A stretch of DNA of 64,000 nucleotides from Planctomycetota bacterium (GTDB lineage: Bacteria; Planctomycetota; B15-G4; SIAN01), in contig JANNXA010000040.1 in assembly GCA_031409275.1 (NCBI GenBank), forward strand, positions 64,001 to 128,000, written 5' to 3'. The number at the start of each line of letters is the position of its first letter. Position 1 is the stretch's first letter. The position numbers and the translations under genes were made by a program. This document shows, in pieces, positions 19,028 to 29,350 of the stretch. The notes under the pieces are model-generated. The model was not told where the DNA came from and searched no databases. It saw nothing but the letters and a program-made list of their open reading frames with translations.

Positions 19028-20220
19028 CGAGCCGCTCCGGCGGCGCGGCGCGCGAGGATCCGCTCGAAGAGCGACTGCATGCCAGCGACGGTCGCCGCCC
19101 AGGAGTGCTGCTCCGCGTAGGCCCGCACGCGGGCGCGATCGCGGGGCGCGTCGAGCAGCGCGGTGATGGTTGCGGCCACCGCGGTCGGCGTCGGCGCGTC
19201 GATCAGCAGGCCGACCGACTCGTCGCGCACGACTTCAGGCGTACCGAACACGCGCGTCGCAGCGACCGGCGTCCCGCACGCCATGCTCTCGAGCAGCACG
19301 TTCGGCCACCCTTCGCGCGACGACAAGAGCGCCAGCACGTCGGCCGCCGAGTAGGCGACATGCAGCTGCGCGTGGGCCATGCGGCCGCAGAACTCGACGC
19401 GATCGGCGATCCCGAGCGTGACCGCCTGCGCCGCGAGGCGCACGCGCTCCTCGCCGTCGCCGACCAGCTTGACGACGACGTCGGCTGGCAGTCGCGGCAA
19501 CGTGGCGAGCAGATGGTGCGGGCCCTTGCGCTCGATCAGGTGGCCGACGGCCAGCACGATGCGTCTTTGCTGAGGCCAACCCAGCTGCGCGCGCGCCGCG
19601 GCGCGATCGAGCGGCCGGAACTTGGCGAGGTCGACGCCGTTGCGCAACGTCACCGTCTCTAGCTCCGGTGGCGCCAGCGCCGCCATCTCGACGCGCAACG
19701 CCTCGGCCACGGCGACCGCCGCATCGGCGCGCGCCAGCAGGAAGCGCAGCCAGCGCCGCGGGATCGCGTGACGCGGGATCAGGTTCACGTCGCTGCCGCG
19801 CGCGGTCACGCACAGCGGCAGATGCACGGCTCGCGCGATCAGCGCCGCCGCGACACCGTCGGGGTAGAGGTAGTGCGCATCGATGAGATCGAAGCGCTCG
19901 CCCTGCGCCAGGAGCTTCCGCACCACCGCCTTGCCGGCGCGCGCCAGCGTCAGCGGCGCCACGTTCATGCTGACCTTCGGCAGCAGCAGGTAGCGCGGAT
20001 GGAGGACGCGCAACCCGTCGCGCGACTCCTCGGCCGGCACCTCGCGCAGCTCGCCGAAGCGGCCGCGCGCCAGCGCGCGCGGCACGAAGGGCACCGGCGC
20101 CACCACCACCGCACTTCCGCCCGTCGCCGCCATCCAGTGGCGCAGCCGCTCCAGCACGAAGACGCCGTGGTGCGGCGCGCCAGGATGCGGGAAGAGGGTG
20201 GTGAAGACGAGCAGGCGCAT
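19024..20220 (-). CDS. GT4 glycosyltransferase (TuaC-like)
   Basis: IDAHYLYPDG, TARGSDVN, VGHLIERKG, SSREGWPNVLLESMACGTP. Confidence 0.92.
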   Translation of the reverse strand: MRLLVFTTLFPHPGAPHHGVFVLERLRHWMAATGGSAVVVAPVPFVPRALARGRFGELREVPAEESRDGLRVLHPRYLLLPKVSMNVAPLTLARAGKAVVRKLLAQGERFDLIDAHYLYPDGVAAALIARAVHLPLCVTARGSDVNLIPRHAIPRRWLRFLLARADAAVAVAEALRVEMAALAPPELETVTLRNGVDLAKFRPLDRAAARAQLGWPQQRRIVLAVGHLIERKGPHHLLATLPRLPADVVVKLVGDGEERVRLAAQAVTLGIADRVEFCGRMAHAQLHVAYSAADVLALLSSREGWPNVLLESMACGTPVAATRVFGTPEVVRDESVGLLIDAPTPTAVAATITALLDAPRDRARVRAYAEQHSWAATVAGMQSLFERILARRAAGAAR

Positions 20221-20230
20221 GGCGGCGCTT

Positions 20231-22129
20231 TCATCCCTCCGGCAGCCAGCGGCGCTCGAACGCGCGCAGCACGCGCAGCGCGTAGAGCGGCTCGGAGAGG
20301 TCGCGCCACCCCTTCTGGTGGCGTTCGAGCATCGCGGCCACCGTCCCGCGATCGACCGTGCGAGGCATGTCGAACGGCGCGCCGCTTGCCAGCTCGCGCT
20401 TCACCCATTGCTGCAGCGGCGGCGCGAAACCCTGCTTGCCACGCGCGATCGTGTGGGCCGGCAGGTGCGCCGCAGCGGCGCGACGGAACAGCCACTTGCC
20501 GACCCCTTCGCGGATCTTCAGGTCCGGCGGCAGCGACGCCGCGAACTCGACCAACCGCCAATCGAGCAGTGGTTCACGCGCTTCGAGGCTCACGGCCATC
20601 GTCGCGCGATCGCTCTTGGTGAGGATGTACTCCGGAAGCCAGGTGTGGAAGTCGGCGTACTGCGCGCGCGCCAACGGATCGTCGCTCGGCGCAGCGTCGT
20701 ACCAGCGCCGATGCTCCGCGCTCGGATCGTGGTTGGCCGCGGCGATGCGCAGGTCGGGATGCAACAGCGCACGCGCCTCCTCGATCTCCATCTGGCAGAC
20801 CGAACGGAAATAGGCGGCGGCCGGTGCGCGGCCGAGATTCCGCAGCGTCGTCTTCGCGCGCAGCCGCCGCGGCAGCCAATCGCCCTTCGGCCACACGCCG
20901 CCGCCGAGCTTGAAGAGCGAACGGAACAGCGCTCCTGGCAGCAGCGAGCGCACGCGGTGCTCGGCCAGGTCGAAGCGATAGCGCCGATAGCCCGCGAAGC
21001 ACTCGTCGCCGCCGTCGCCCGAGAGCGCGACGGTGACGCTCCTCCTCGCCTCGCGCGCGAGCAGGTAGGTCGGGATCGCGGAAGGATCCGAGAAGGGCTC
21101 GTCGAAGTAGTCGGCGAGCGTGTCGACGAGCCCCATCGCCGCCGGCTCGAGTTCGTGCACTTCGTGGCGGATCGAGAGCGCCTGCGCGACGATGCGCGCG
21201 TGCTCGACCTCGCTCTGGTCCCAACCCTTGAAGCCGATGGTGACGGCATGGACGTCGCGCCCTTGCAGTTGCGCCATCGCCGCGACCACGGCCGACGAGT
21301 CGAGCCCGCCCGAGAGGAACGCGCCGAGCGGGACGTCGGAGAGGAGGCGCAGCTTCACCGAATCGACCAGCAGCTCCCACAGCTGCTCGGCGAGCTGTTC
21401 CGGAGTGCCGCGATTCGTCCCGAACGCCGGCAAGTCCCACCACTTCTCGATCTTCACGTCGAGGCCGCCGCGGCCGTCGCGCTGCACCTTCATGAAGTGG
21501 CCGGCGGGCAGCTTCTGCGCGCCCTTCCAGATCGTGCGCGGCGACGGGACGTAGCGCAGGCAGAGGAACTCGAGCAGCGCGGCGGGGTCGAGCTCGCGGC
21601 GCAGGCTGCCTTCGGCGAGCAGCGTCTTCAGCTCGGAGCCGAAGACGAGTCCGCGTGACGTCTGCGCGTAGTGGAGCGGCTTCACGCCGAGGCGGTCGCG
21701 CGCGAGGAAGAGCGAGTCCTTGCGGCGATCGTGGATCGCGAGCGTGAAGAAGCCGTTCAGCCGCGCGAGCAGCCGTTCCGGGCGATCGTCGCGGTGGCGT
21801 TCATACAGGTAGACGAGCACCTCGGTGTCCGACTGCGATCGGAAGCGGACGCCCTGCTGCTCGAGCTCGGCGCGCAGCTCGCGGAAGTTGAAGATCTCGC
21901 CGTTGAAGACCACCGCGATCGAGCCGTCCGGCGAGTACATCGGCTGGTTGCCGTCGGGCGAGAGGTCGAGGATCGCGAGCCGGCGGTTGTGCAGCCCGAT
22001 GCCGGAGTGGAGCGTCGACCCGTGCGCATCGGGGCCGCGATGCTTCATCGCCTCGCCCATCGCGACGAGCTCCTCGACGCGGGCCGGAGCCGCGGGGTCG
22101 TTCGCGAAGAAGCCAGTGATGCCGCACAT
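20231..22129 (-). CDS. asnB: Asparagine synthase (glutamine-hydrolysing)-family amidotransferase
   Basis: N-terminal MCGI, HRGPD, RRLAILD, FNGEIFN, RDRLGVKPL, LSGGLDSS, GDGGDE, SLEAREPLLD, KQGF. Confidence 0.93.
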   Translation of the reverse strand: MCGITGFFANDPAAPARVEELVAMGEAMKHRGPDAHGSTLHSGIGLHNRRLAILDLSPDGNQPMYSPDGSIAVVFNGEIFNFRELRAELEQQGVRFRSQSDTEVLVYLYERHRDDRPERLLARLNGFFTLAIHDRRKDSLFLARDRLGVKPLHYAQTSRGLVFGSELKTLLAEGSLRRELDPAALLEFLCLRYVPSPRTIWKGAQKLPAGHFMKVQRDGRGGLDVKIEKWWDLPAFGTNRGTPEQLAEQLWELLVDSVKLRLLSDVPLGAFLSGGLDSSAVVAAMAQLQGRDVHAVTIGFKGWDQSEVEHARIVAQALSIRHEVHELEPAAMGLVDTLADYFDEPFSDPSAIPTYLLAREARRSVTVALSGDGGDECFAGYRRYRFDLAEHRVRSLLPGALFRSLFKLGGGVWPKGDWLPRRLRAKTTLRNLGRAPAAAYFRSVCQMEIEEARALLHPDLRIAAANHDPSAEHRRWYDAAPSDDPLARAQYADFHTWLPEYILTKSDRATMAVSLEAREPLLDWRLVEFAASLPPDLKIREGVGKWLFRRAAAAHLPAHTIARGKQGFAPPLQQWVKRELASGAPFDMPRTVDRGTVAAMLERHQKGWRDLSEPLYALRVLRAFERRWLPEG

Positions 22130-22139
22130 GAGTCGTTTC

Positions 22140-23543
22140 CTACGAAGTCGCCGGCAGCGCGGCCGGCGAGGCGGTCCACGCCTGCTCGAACACCGAGAGC
22201 AGCTCGTCGCCGAGACGGTCGTAACGGAAGCGATCGGTGCCGACCGCGGCCGCCGCGTTCGTGCCGCGATCGCGCGCGCCAGCGATGGCCCGTTCCAGTG
22301 CCGCCGCGATGGCGGCCGGATCGTCGGGCTCGGCGCGCTCGCTTCGCACGCCGGCCTGCGCGAGGATCTCGGCGATCGCCCCGCCCGCACGCGACAGGGT
22401 CACGATCGGTCGGCCGGCCGCGAAGTACTCGTAGAGCTTGCCCGGCACCTGCACCTCCGGCTCGCGGTTCTCTGGCCCGAGGATCAGCAGCAGGTCGCTC
22501 TGGCGTTGGCGCGCGAGCGATGCCGCGTGCGCCATCGGTCCGGGGATCGAGAGCGCGCTCGCAACGCCGAGCTGCTCGGCCTGGCCGCGAAACGCCGCTT
22601 CGCCGTCGATGCCGCCGATGAAGGTGACGCGCAGCTGCGCGAACGCCGCAGGGGCGCGCTCCTTCAACTGCGCGAGCCCCTGCAACAGGTACTTGCCGCT
22701 GCGAAGACCGTAGAGCTGGCCGAAGTGCGCCAGCTCGACGCCGCCTTCGAAGGCGCCGCCGGTCGCCGCTGGCAGGTGGGCGTAGGCGTCGGGGTCGAAG
22801 CCGTTCGGGATCGTGCGCGCGCGCATGAAGTCGGGATAGCGCGCGCGAAACTGCCGTTCGAGCGCCGGGGTGTTCAGCACGACCTGCGCCGCGGAGGCGA
22901 CCACGCGCCGTTCGAGCGCCGCGTCGAGCCGACGGAAGCGCTCGCTGGCGTAGCGACGGAAGGGGTTGCCCATCCACGGGTCGCGGAAATCGAGGACGAG
23001 CGGGCAGTGGAAGAGGCCGGCGAGCGCGCTCCCGACCAGATGCATCGTGTGCGGCGGGCTGGTGGAGAAGACGATCTCGGGCTCATCACCGCGCAACGCG
23101 AGCGCCGCGCGGGCGACGGCAAGCGGCAGCCATGGCAGGTAGCGATCGGGGAGCGCGATCGCCTCGGTGACGAGGTCCTGCCAACGCCGCGCGCTCGAAG
23201 GACGCAGCACGGCGGGCGTCGCCACCGCCGGCGTCACCGCCGCAGCGGGCGTACCCGACGCAGTAGCCGCGCCATGGAGGCCATTCGCGCGACGCAGCGC
23301 TTTCAACCAGCCCCATAGGCGGAACGGATCGAGCAGCGGCACGCGCACGATGCGTACGTCGCGCGGCACCTTCGCCAGCAACGCCTCGTCGAGCCGTTCC
23401 CCTTTCGGCGGGACGCCGGTCAGCACGGTGACGCGCAACCCGCGCCGCACCAGATGGCGCACGAACTGCAGCGGTCGATGGACGCCGCCGCCGGAAAGCG
23501 GCGGGAACCACCAGGCGACCACCAGCACGTGGCGCCCGCTCAT
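22140..23543 (-). CDS. GT4 glycosyltransferase
   Basis: LVVAWWFPPLSGGGVHR, STSPPHT, DFRDPW, IPNGFD, PGKLYEYFAAGRPI. Confidence 0.92.
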   Translation of the reverse strand: MSGRHVLVVAWWFPPLSGGGVHRPLQFVRHLVRRGLRVTVLTGVPPKGERLDEALLAKVPRDVRIVRVPLLDPFRLWGWLKALRRANGLHGAATASGTPAAAVTPAVATPAVLRPSSARRWQDLVTEAIALPDRYLPWLPLAVARAALALRGDEPEIVFSTSPPHTMHLVGSALAGLFHCPLVLDFRDPWMGNPFRRYASERFRRLDAALERRVVASAAQVVLNTPALERQFRARYPDFMRARTIPNGFDPDAYAHLPAATGGAFEGGVELAHFGQLYGLRSGKYLLQGLAQLKERAPAAFAQLRVTFIGGIDGEAAFRGQAEQLGVASALSIPGPMAHAASLARQRQSDLLLILGPENREPEVQVPGKLYEYFAAGRPIVTLSRAGGAIAEILAQAGVRSERAEPDDPAAIAAALERAIAGARDRGTNAAAAVGTDRFRYDRLGDELLSVFEQAWTASPAALPATS

Positions 23544-24736
23544 GGCAGGGCTCCACGCGTCGCCGTCTCTTCGACCAGTTCCACGAAGCGTCCGAGGACC
23601 GCCGGCCACGCGTAGCGCGCCTCGACCAGCGCACGCCCTGCGACCGCGAGCTGCGCGCGGCGCGGCGCGTCGGCGAGCAGCGCGATCACCTGTTCCGAGA
23701 GCGCGGCCACATCGTTGCCGACGACGAACTCGACACCGGCCGTTCCCTCGATCCCCTTCGCCGTCTCCTGGCTCGCGACCAACGGCAGCCCGCTGGCCAG
23801 CGCTTCGAGCGCCTTGTTCTGGATGCCGCGCGCGATGCGAAAGGGCAGCACCGCCAGCGTCGCACGCTGCAGGAACGGCGTCACCGAGGCCACGTCGGCA
23901 TGCAGTTCCACGCCCGACTCCCGCGTCAGCGCGCGGACCGCCGCGCTCGGCGCGCGGCCCACCAACGTGACGACGGCGGCCGGCACGACGGCGCGCACGC
24001 GCGGCAGCACTTCGAGGACGAGCTGGCGCGCCGCATCGACGTTCGCCTCGTAATCGAGCGCGCCGACAAACAGCAGTTCGTGGGCGGCGCGGCCAGCCGG
24101 GCCGGCGAACGGGTAGGCGTCGAGATCGACGCCGTTCTTCAGCACTTCCAACCGGCGCGGCGTCACGAAGCTGCGCAGCGAGAGCGCCTCCTCGTCGGTG
24201 CACACCAGCGTCAAGTCGGCGTCGAGGCAGGCGCGCCGCTCGAGCGCGCGCAACCGCTTCGCCTCGATGCCGCAAGCGATCCGCGCCGGGCCGCGCACGG
24301 TGCCGCGCTCGTGATAGAGGCGGAACTTCTCCGAGTCGACGTCCACGAGATCGAGGACGCGCGGCCGCCAGCCTGCGACCAGCGGATCGACCGCTCCGCT
24401 GTAGACGACGACGGCATCGAAACGCGGTCCGTCGCGAAGTTCCGCGAGCCGCGCCACCAACTCCGGTTCGGCGAAGTGGGCGGCCGTCAGCGAGCGCCCG
24501 CTCGGCAGCGCGCCTGCGGCGCGCAATCGCGCCCCCCACTTCGAAAGGCGCACGACCGTCATGCTCGCGACCGCGTCACGCCACGCTGGCGCCGGATCGA
24601 TCTCGTCCTCGTCCGCGAGGGTGCACAGATGCACCTCGTGTCGCTTCACGAGCGCGGCAAGCTGGTGAAATGCCCGGATCTTGTCGCCCTTCGTCGGGCG
24701 ATCGGGCACGCGATGCGCAAGGTAGAGGAGCCGCAT
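23540..24736 (-). CDS. GT4 sugar transferase, PEP-CTERM/EpsH-system associated type
   Basis: LLYLAHRVPDRPTKGDKIRAFH, DLVDVDSEKF, FVGALDYEAN, ARGIQNKALEALA. Confidence 0.9.
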   Translation of the reverse strand: MRLLYLAHRVPDRPTKGDKIRAFHQLAALVKRHEVHLCTLADEDEIDPAPAWRDAVASMTVVRLSKWGARLRAAGALPSGRSLTAAHFAEPELVARLAELRDGPRFDAVVVYSGAVDPLVAGWRPRVLDLVDVDSEKFRLYHERGTVRGPARIACGIEAKRLRALERRACLDADLTLVCTDEEALSLRSFVTPRRLEVLKNGVDLDAYPFAGPAGRAAHELLFVGALDYEANVDAARQLVLEVLPRVRAVVPAAVVTLVGRAPSAAVRALTRESGVELHADVASVTPFLQRATLAVLPFRIARGIQNKALEALASGLPLVASQETAKGIEGTAGVEFVVGNDVAALSEQVIALLADAPRRAQLAVAGRALVEARYAWPAVLGRFVELVEETATRGALP

Positions 24737-24746
24737 GCCGCATCGC

Positions 24747-26420
24747 TCAAGCGAGCGACGCGCGCAGGTCCAACGCCCACTCGACCAGGCCGCGCGGCAG
24801 GTCGTTGGGATGCGCCACGCAGACCCAGATCACCGACGCGAGCCCGCCAAGCAGCAGGAACGACGCCGCGACCTGGACGGTCCGCTGCAGGCGCGCACGG
24901 CGCAATTCCGGGACGGTCTGGATCGGGGCGACCTCGCCGAGCACCGGCAAGCGCAACGTGCGCCGCGCCTGCTCGGCGCTGCGGAAGGAGGAGCGCAGGA
25001 ACTCGCGGCCGATGATCGCGACCAACGCGAGGCCGAGCCCCAGCATGGTCGAGACGGCGAGCGCGATGGTGCCGAGGAAGGCCGACGGGATCGTCGCCGG
25101 CACCGGCTTCTCGAGCTGGGTGAACGGCATGCGCTGCCCTGGCCCGCGCCGCTCGCTCTGCAACTTGTTGTCGCGCAGCGGCTGCAGCGCCATGGTCGCG
25201 TCGTAGACGATCTGCTGCTTGCCGATGATCTCCGCTCGCAGCGTGTCGTGGACGCGCAGCACCTCGGGCAACGTCTCGAGCGACTCCGAAACTCGGGCGA
25301 GATCGCTTTCGATCCGGCTGCGTTGCGCCACCTTGCCCTGCAGCTGCAGGTAGAGCGCGTCGCGCTGGTCCTTGGCGGCCTTCCAGTCGGGATTGGGGAT
25401 ACCGGGCAACGGAACGCCGGACGCGGTCGATCCGAGCTCGGACGCCGCGACGAGCTGTTTCTTCAGCGCGACCTTGAGCTGGCCGAGCAGGCGGTCGCGA
25501 TCGGGGTTGTAGCCCGAGATGAGGCGCGCCTCGATGGCGGCGACGGTCGCCTCGATCTGCTGGATCGCGGCGGCCTTCTGCGTGTTGGTGAGCGGGCTGT
25601 CGGACGGCAGCGTCGGCGGCAGCAGCAGATCGCCCTGCGCATTGGTCGCGGTGAGGCGTGCGTCGAGGTTCTCGATCTGCGCCTCGAAGTCGGCGATGGC
25701 GATGGCGAGCGTGCCACGGTCGGTCAACAGTCGATCGAGCTGACCCTGCGCCCCCTGGCGTTGGTCGATCGCGCTGATTCCATTGCGGACCTCGAACCGT
25801 TCGAGCGCCACGCGCGCGTCGTCAAGTTCCTGCTTCTTGACCGCGAGGACCTCCTCGGCGACCGAGAGCTTGCGATCGACTTCCGCGGTGTAGCGCTCGA
25901 GCGAGGTATCGAGCCAGAACTTGTTCAGCGCGGCGCAGAACTCGGCGGCGCGATCGCGATCGTGCCAGGCGAAGTTGAGGAAGACGATCCGCTCGCCGAG
26001 TTCGCCAGCGGTGACGCGGCAATCGATCTTGTCCTTCACCTTCTTCAGGAAGGCGCGCTGGTCGAGCTCGCCGCCTTCCTTCGCGCGGGTCCAGTCGTCC
26101 CATTCGAGGTCGTTCAGCACCGCCTCGATCCAGGTCGTGGAGCGCAACTGCTCCTCGAGGTTCCGGCGCCGCGTCGAGAATGGGATGGTGTCGATGTCGC
26201 GCGACTCGGCGACCGAGTCGAACATCCACGCGCTGTTGAGCTCGAGCTTCGAGGTGGAGACGTAGGTCTTCGGAATGAACAGGAACAGCGAGACGCCGAC
26301 CAGCAGGCCGGCGCCAAGGCAGGTCGCGATGGCGAGCCAGCCGCGCTTGATCACGCCGATGAATTGACGGATCTGCTGCTGCGGATCGACCTCGCGGTCG
26401 AAGTCGTTCGCGGCGGCCAT
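24747..26420 (-). CDS. Polysaccharide co-polymerase / chain-length determinant (GumC/Wzc N-terminal type, no kinase domain)
   Basis: TM1 followed by PKTYVSTS, long coiled-coil periplasmic region (ALERFEVRNG), PVPATIP plus TM2, SFRSAEQARRTLRLPVLGEV, extra C-terminal TM. Confidence 0.85.
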   Translation of the reverse strand: MAAANDFDREVDPQQQIRQFIGVIKRGWLAIATCLGAGLLVGVSLFLFIPKTYVSTSKLELNSAWMFDSVAESRDIDTIPFSTRRRNLEEQLRSTTWIEAVLNDLEWDDWTRAKEGGELDQRAFLKKVKDKIDCRVTAGELGERIVFLNFAWHDRDRAAEFCAALNKFWLDTSLERYTAEVDRKLSVAEEVLAVKKQELDDARVALERFEVRNGISAIDQRQGAQGQLDRLLTDRGTLAIAIADFEAQIENLDARLTATNAQGDLLLPPTLPSDSPLTNTQKAAAIQQIEATVAAIEARLISGYNPDRDRLLGQLKVALKKQLVAASELGSTASGVPLPGIPNPDWKAAKDQRDALYLQLQGKVAQRSRIESDLARVSESLETLPEVLRVHDTLRAEIIGKQQIVYDATMALQPLRDNKLQSERRGPGQRMPFTQLEKPVPATIPSAFLGTIALAVSTMLGLGLALVAIIGREFLRSSFRSAEQARRTLRLPVLGEVAPIQTVPELRRARLQRTVQVAASFLLLGGLASVIWVCVAHPNDLPRGLVEWALDLRASLA

Positions 26421-27289
26421 CAATCGCCTCCGAGCAGCGCCGGGTCGATCGGTGCGAGGGCCAGAGCGCTGTCGCTGCCCAGCGGCGGCGGCGCTCGGCT
26501 GAAGCTGCCGCCGAAGTTGTTGCGGCCGCTGTTGCCGAAACGCCGCGTGTCGCCGAAGGTCTCGGCCGCGAAGATCAACCGGTTCAGGTTGAAGGCGCTC
26601 GAGACGATCACGGTGAGCGGCGCGAAGAGCTGCTGGGTGAAGATGGTCAGGTAGCCGAAGAGATTCGGCGGGATGTAGATGATGTCGTTCTCGCGCACCT
26701 CGACGTTGTCGAGCGACCAACCGCCTTCGAGCATGTCGTCGTAGTCGAACTCGACCACGAGCGGGTGGTACGGATCGGAACGGATCAGCCGGATGCCGTC
26801 GTCGTCGGCGAGCAGCGTCGGCGCCGCGTCGAAGACGGCGCGAAACAGGGAGGTCTCGCCCTCGAACGGCTTGCGTCCGCCGCCGGCCACTTCGCCGTCG
26901 ACGTAGTACCACTTCGACGTCGACCCTTGCAGCGTCGCATCGATGTCGGCGCTCGAGTTGAACTCGCGGAAGCGCCGGGTCAACGTCTCCTCGAGATCGG
27001 GGATCGTGAGTCCGGCGACGAAGACTTCGTCGATCAACTCAGGATCGATCACGCCGTCGGTGCGCACGCGCAGCGCCGCATTGAACTCGGGGTGCAGCGC
27101 GTCGGAGATGCTGATGATGTCGCCGATGCCGAGGTAGTACTGGTCGTTGGTGTCGCCGACGTAGCGCGTCCCGAAGCCGCGCTGATTCAGCAGTTGCTGG
27201 ACGCGCCCATCGTCGCTGGTGACGCAGCCGCCAAGCGCGAGCAGCGGCAGGAACGCCACTCCGGCGCGACGTGTCGAGATCTGGGTCAC
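26420..27289 (-). CDS. Outer-membrane polysaccharide export lipoprotein (Wza/OPX family)
   Basis: Lipobox LALGGC; YYLGIGDIISI, VRTDGVIDPELIDEVFVAGLT (Poly_export), SLBB, ENDIIYIP, C-terminal amphipathic helix; GTG after AGGAG. Confidence 0.88.
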   Translation of the reverse strand: MTQISTRRAGVAFLPLLALGGCVTSDDGRVQQLLNQRGFGTRYVGDTNDQYYLGIGDIISISDALHPEFNAALRVRTDGVIDPELIDEVFVAGLTIPDLEETLTRRFREFNSSADIDATLQGSTSKWYYVDGEVAGGGRKPFEGETSLFRAVFDAAPTLLADDDGIRLIRSDPYHPLVVEFDYDDMLEGGWSLDNVEVRENDIIYIPPNLFGYLTIFTQQLFAPLTVIVSSAFNLNRLIFAAETFGDTRRFGNSGRNNFGGSFSRAPPPLGSDSALALAPIDPALLGGD

Positions 27290-27395
27290 GTTCTCTCCTG
27301 GCACCTCGCCATCGTTGCGACCGCGATTGCGGCGCCGCGACAGCCCTCCCTTCGACCTTGGACGGCGTCCGGGTTGAAACGTCCCGTGCGCTCGC

Positions 27396-28436
27396 TCAAG
27401 GGCCGGGGCCGCCCCCGGGGGCGAGGCGGCCGCCGTACTGGCGGTCATAGTAGTCGCGATAGGCCCCCGAACGGATGCGCAGGACCCAGGACTGATTGGC
27501 GCGATACCAATCGACGGTGGCCGCAAGCCCCTCGTCGAAGCGGCGCGTCGGACGCCAACCGAGCTCGGACTTCGCCTTGGCGCAGTCGATTGCGTAGCGG
27601 CGATCGTGCCCGGGTCGATCGGCGACGTAGCGGATGAGCCGCTCGTCCTTGCCGAGGATCTTCAGCAAGGTGCGCACGACGGTCAGGTTCGGCAGCTCGC
27701 ACTCGCCACCGAAGTTGTAGACCTCGCCCGGCCGACCGCGTTCGAGCGCCGCCAGCAGACCCGAGCAGTGGTCGTCGACGTGGATCCAGTCGCGCACCTG
27801 CTGGCCGTCGCCATAGACCGGCAACGGCTGGTCCGCCATCGCGTTGGCGATCATCAGCGGGATCAGCTTCTCGGGGAACTGGCGCGGCCCGTAGTTGTTC
27901 GAGCAGCGGCTCGTCACGGCCGGGAAGCCGAAGGTGTGGAAGGCGGCGCGCACGAGCAGGTCGGAGCCCGCCTTGCTGGCGGAGTAGGGCGAGTTGGGCG
28001 CGAGCGGCGTCGACTCGCTGAAGCTGCCGGTGGCGCCAAGCGTGCCGTAGACCTCGTCGGTCGAGACGTGCAGGAAGCGCTGCACGCGCTGCGCGCGCGC
28101 AACGTCGAGCAGGTGCTGCGTCCCGACGACGTTGCTGCGCACGAAGATCGCCGGTTCGAGGATCGAGCGATCGACGTGCGACTCGGCTGCCAGATGAGCG
28201 ACCCAGTCGATCCGGTGGCGCGCGAAGACCGCCTCGACCTGGGCCCGCTCGGCGAGGTCGGCACGCTCGAACGCGTAGCGCGGGTGACCTTCGAGGTCCG
28301 CCAGCCAGGTCAGATCGCCGGCGTAGGTGAGCGCGTCGAGGTTGACCACGCTCCAATCGGGGCGGGTCGCCAAGACGTGGCGGATGAAGTTGGCGCCGAT
28401 GAAGCCGGCGCCTCCGGTGACGAGCAACTTGGTCAT
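27396..28436 (-). CDS. rfbB: dTDP-glucose 4,6-dehydratase
   Basis: TGGAGFIG, DALTYAG, AAESHVDRS, HVSTDEVYG, PYSASKA, RCSNNYGP, DRPGHDRRYAID. Confidence 0.97.
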   Translation of the reverse strand: MTKLLVTGGAGFIGANFIRHVLATRPDWSVVNLDALTYAGDLTWLADLEGHPRYAFERADLAERAQVEAVFARHRIDWVAHLAAESHVDRSILEPAIFVRSNVVGTQHLLDVARAQRVQRFLHVSTDEVYGTLGATGSFSESTPLAPNSPYSASKAGSDLLVRAAFHTFGFPAVTSRCSNNYGPRQFPEKLIPLMIANAMADQPLPVYGDGQQVRDWIHVDDHCSGLLAALERGRPGEVYNFGGECELPNLTVVRTLLKILGKDERLIRYVADRPGHDRRYAIDCAKAKSELGWRPTRRFDEGLAATVDWYRANQSWVLRIRSGAYRDYYDRQYGGRLAPGGGPGP

Positions 28437-29293
28437 GCGCGGCCGATCCCCTCGCGAAGCTCCGCAAGATAGCCGGCGAGTCCCTCCTGCCACGAGGGCG
28501 GCGACGCGCCGAGCGCGGCCGCGAAGCGCAGCTTCGAGAGCACTCCGTACGCCGGCCGCCGCGCCGGCCGCGGAAACTCGGCCGTGGTGCAGGGAGCGAC
28601 CGGAGTGGTGAGTCCGGCGCCGGCGATGATGGCGAGCGCGAACTCGTGCCAGCTCGCGTCCCCCGCCGCCGAGCAGTGCCAGAGCCCCGGTGCCACGTCG
28701 GCGGCAAGCAACTGCCAGAGGCCCGTCGCCAGGTGGTTCGACCAGGTCGGGCACCCGCGCTGGTCCGCCACCACCTTCAGGCTCGGTCGCTCGCGCGCCG
28801 CCTTCAGGATGGTGTCGACGAAGTTGCGACCGCCCGCACCGAAGACCCACTGGGTTCGCACGACCAGCACGCGTCCGCCGCGCGCCAGCGCCTCGAACTC
28901 TCCGAAACGCTTGCTGCGGCCATACGCCGACTGCGGCGCGGTCGGATCGTGCTCGAGGTAGGGAGTGGTCGACTGCCCATCGAAGACGTAGTCGCTGGAG
29001 AGGCAGAGGCAGCCGGCGCCAGCGCGCGCCGCCGCGTCGACGACGTTGGCGGTGCCGAGCCAGTTGACGCGGAGCGCGCGCCCTGGATCCTGCTCGCAAC
29101 CGTCGACGTCGGTGAAAGCAGCGGCATGGATCACCCAGTCGGGGCGCGCGGCAGCGATGGCCGCGCGCGTCTGCGCCGCATCGACGACGTCGAGCTGCGC
29201 GCGCGTCGTCGACTGCAGTTCGACGTGGCCCGGCCGGGTCCGCTGCAGCGCGGTGCCGAGGATCCCGCCGCCCCCAGTGATCAACACGCGCAC
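28433..29293 (-). CDS. rfbD: dTDP-4-dehydrorhamnose reductase
   Basis: ITGGGGILG, AAFTDVDGCE, SSDYVFDG, YGRSKRFGE, VADQRGCPT, RPARRPAY. Confidence 0.95.
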   Translation of the reverse strand: MRVLITGGGGILGTALQRTRPGHVELQSTTRAQLDVVDAAQTRAAIAAARPDWVIHAAAFTDVDGCEQDPGRALRVNWLGTANVVDAAARAGAGCLCLSSDYVFDGQSTTPYLEHDPTAPQSAYGRSKRFGEFEALARGGRVLVVRTQWVFGAGGRNFVDTILKAARERPSLKVVADQRGCPTWSNHLATGLWQLLAADVAPGLWHCSAAGDASWHEFALAIIAGAGLTTPVAPCTTAEFPRPARRPAYGVLSKLRFAAALGASPPSWQEGLAGYLAELREGIGRA

Positions 29294-29350
29294 GGCATCC
29301 CTCCTGCTGCTCGCCAACGGTGCGCCGCGCGACGTGCCGCGGCGGCTCGA

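Noticed and set aside
24735..26654. 639-aa plus-strand ORF
   Set aside because: Antisense to the PCP/Wza genes; no recognisable domain.
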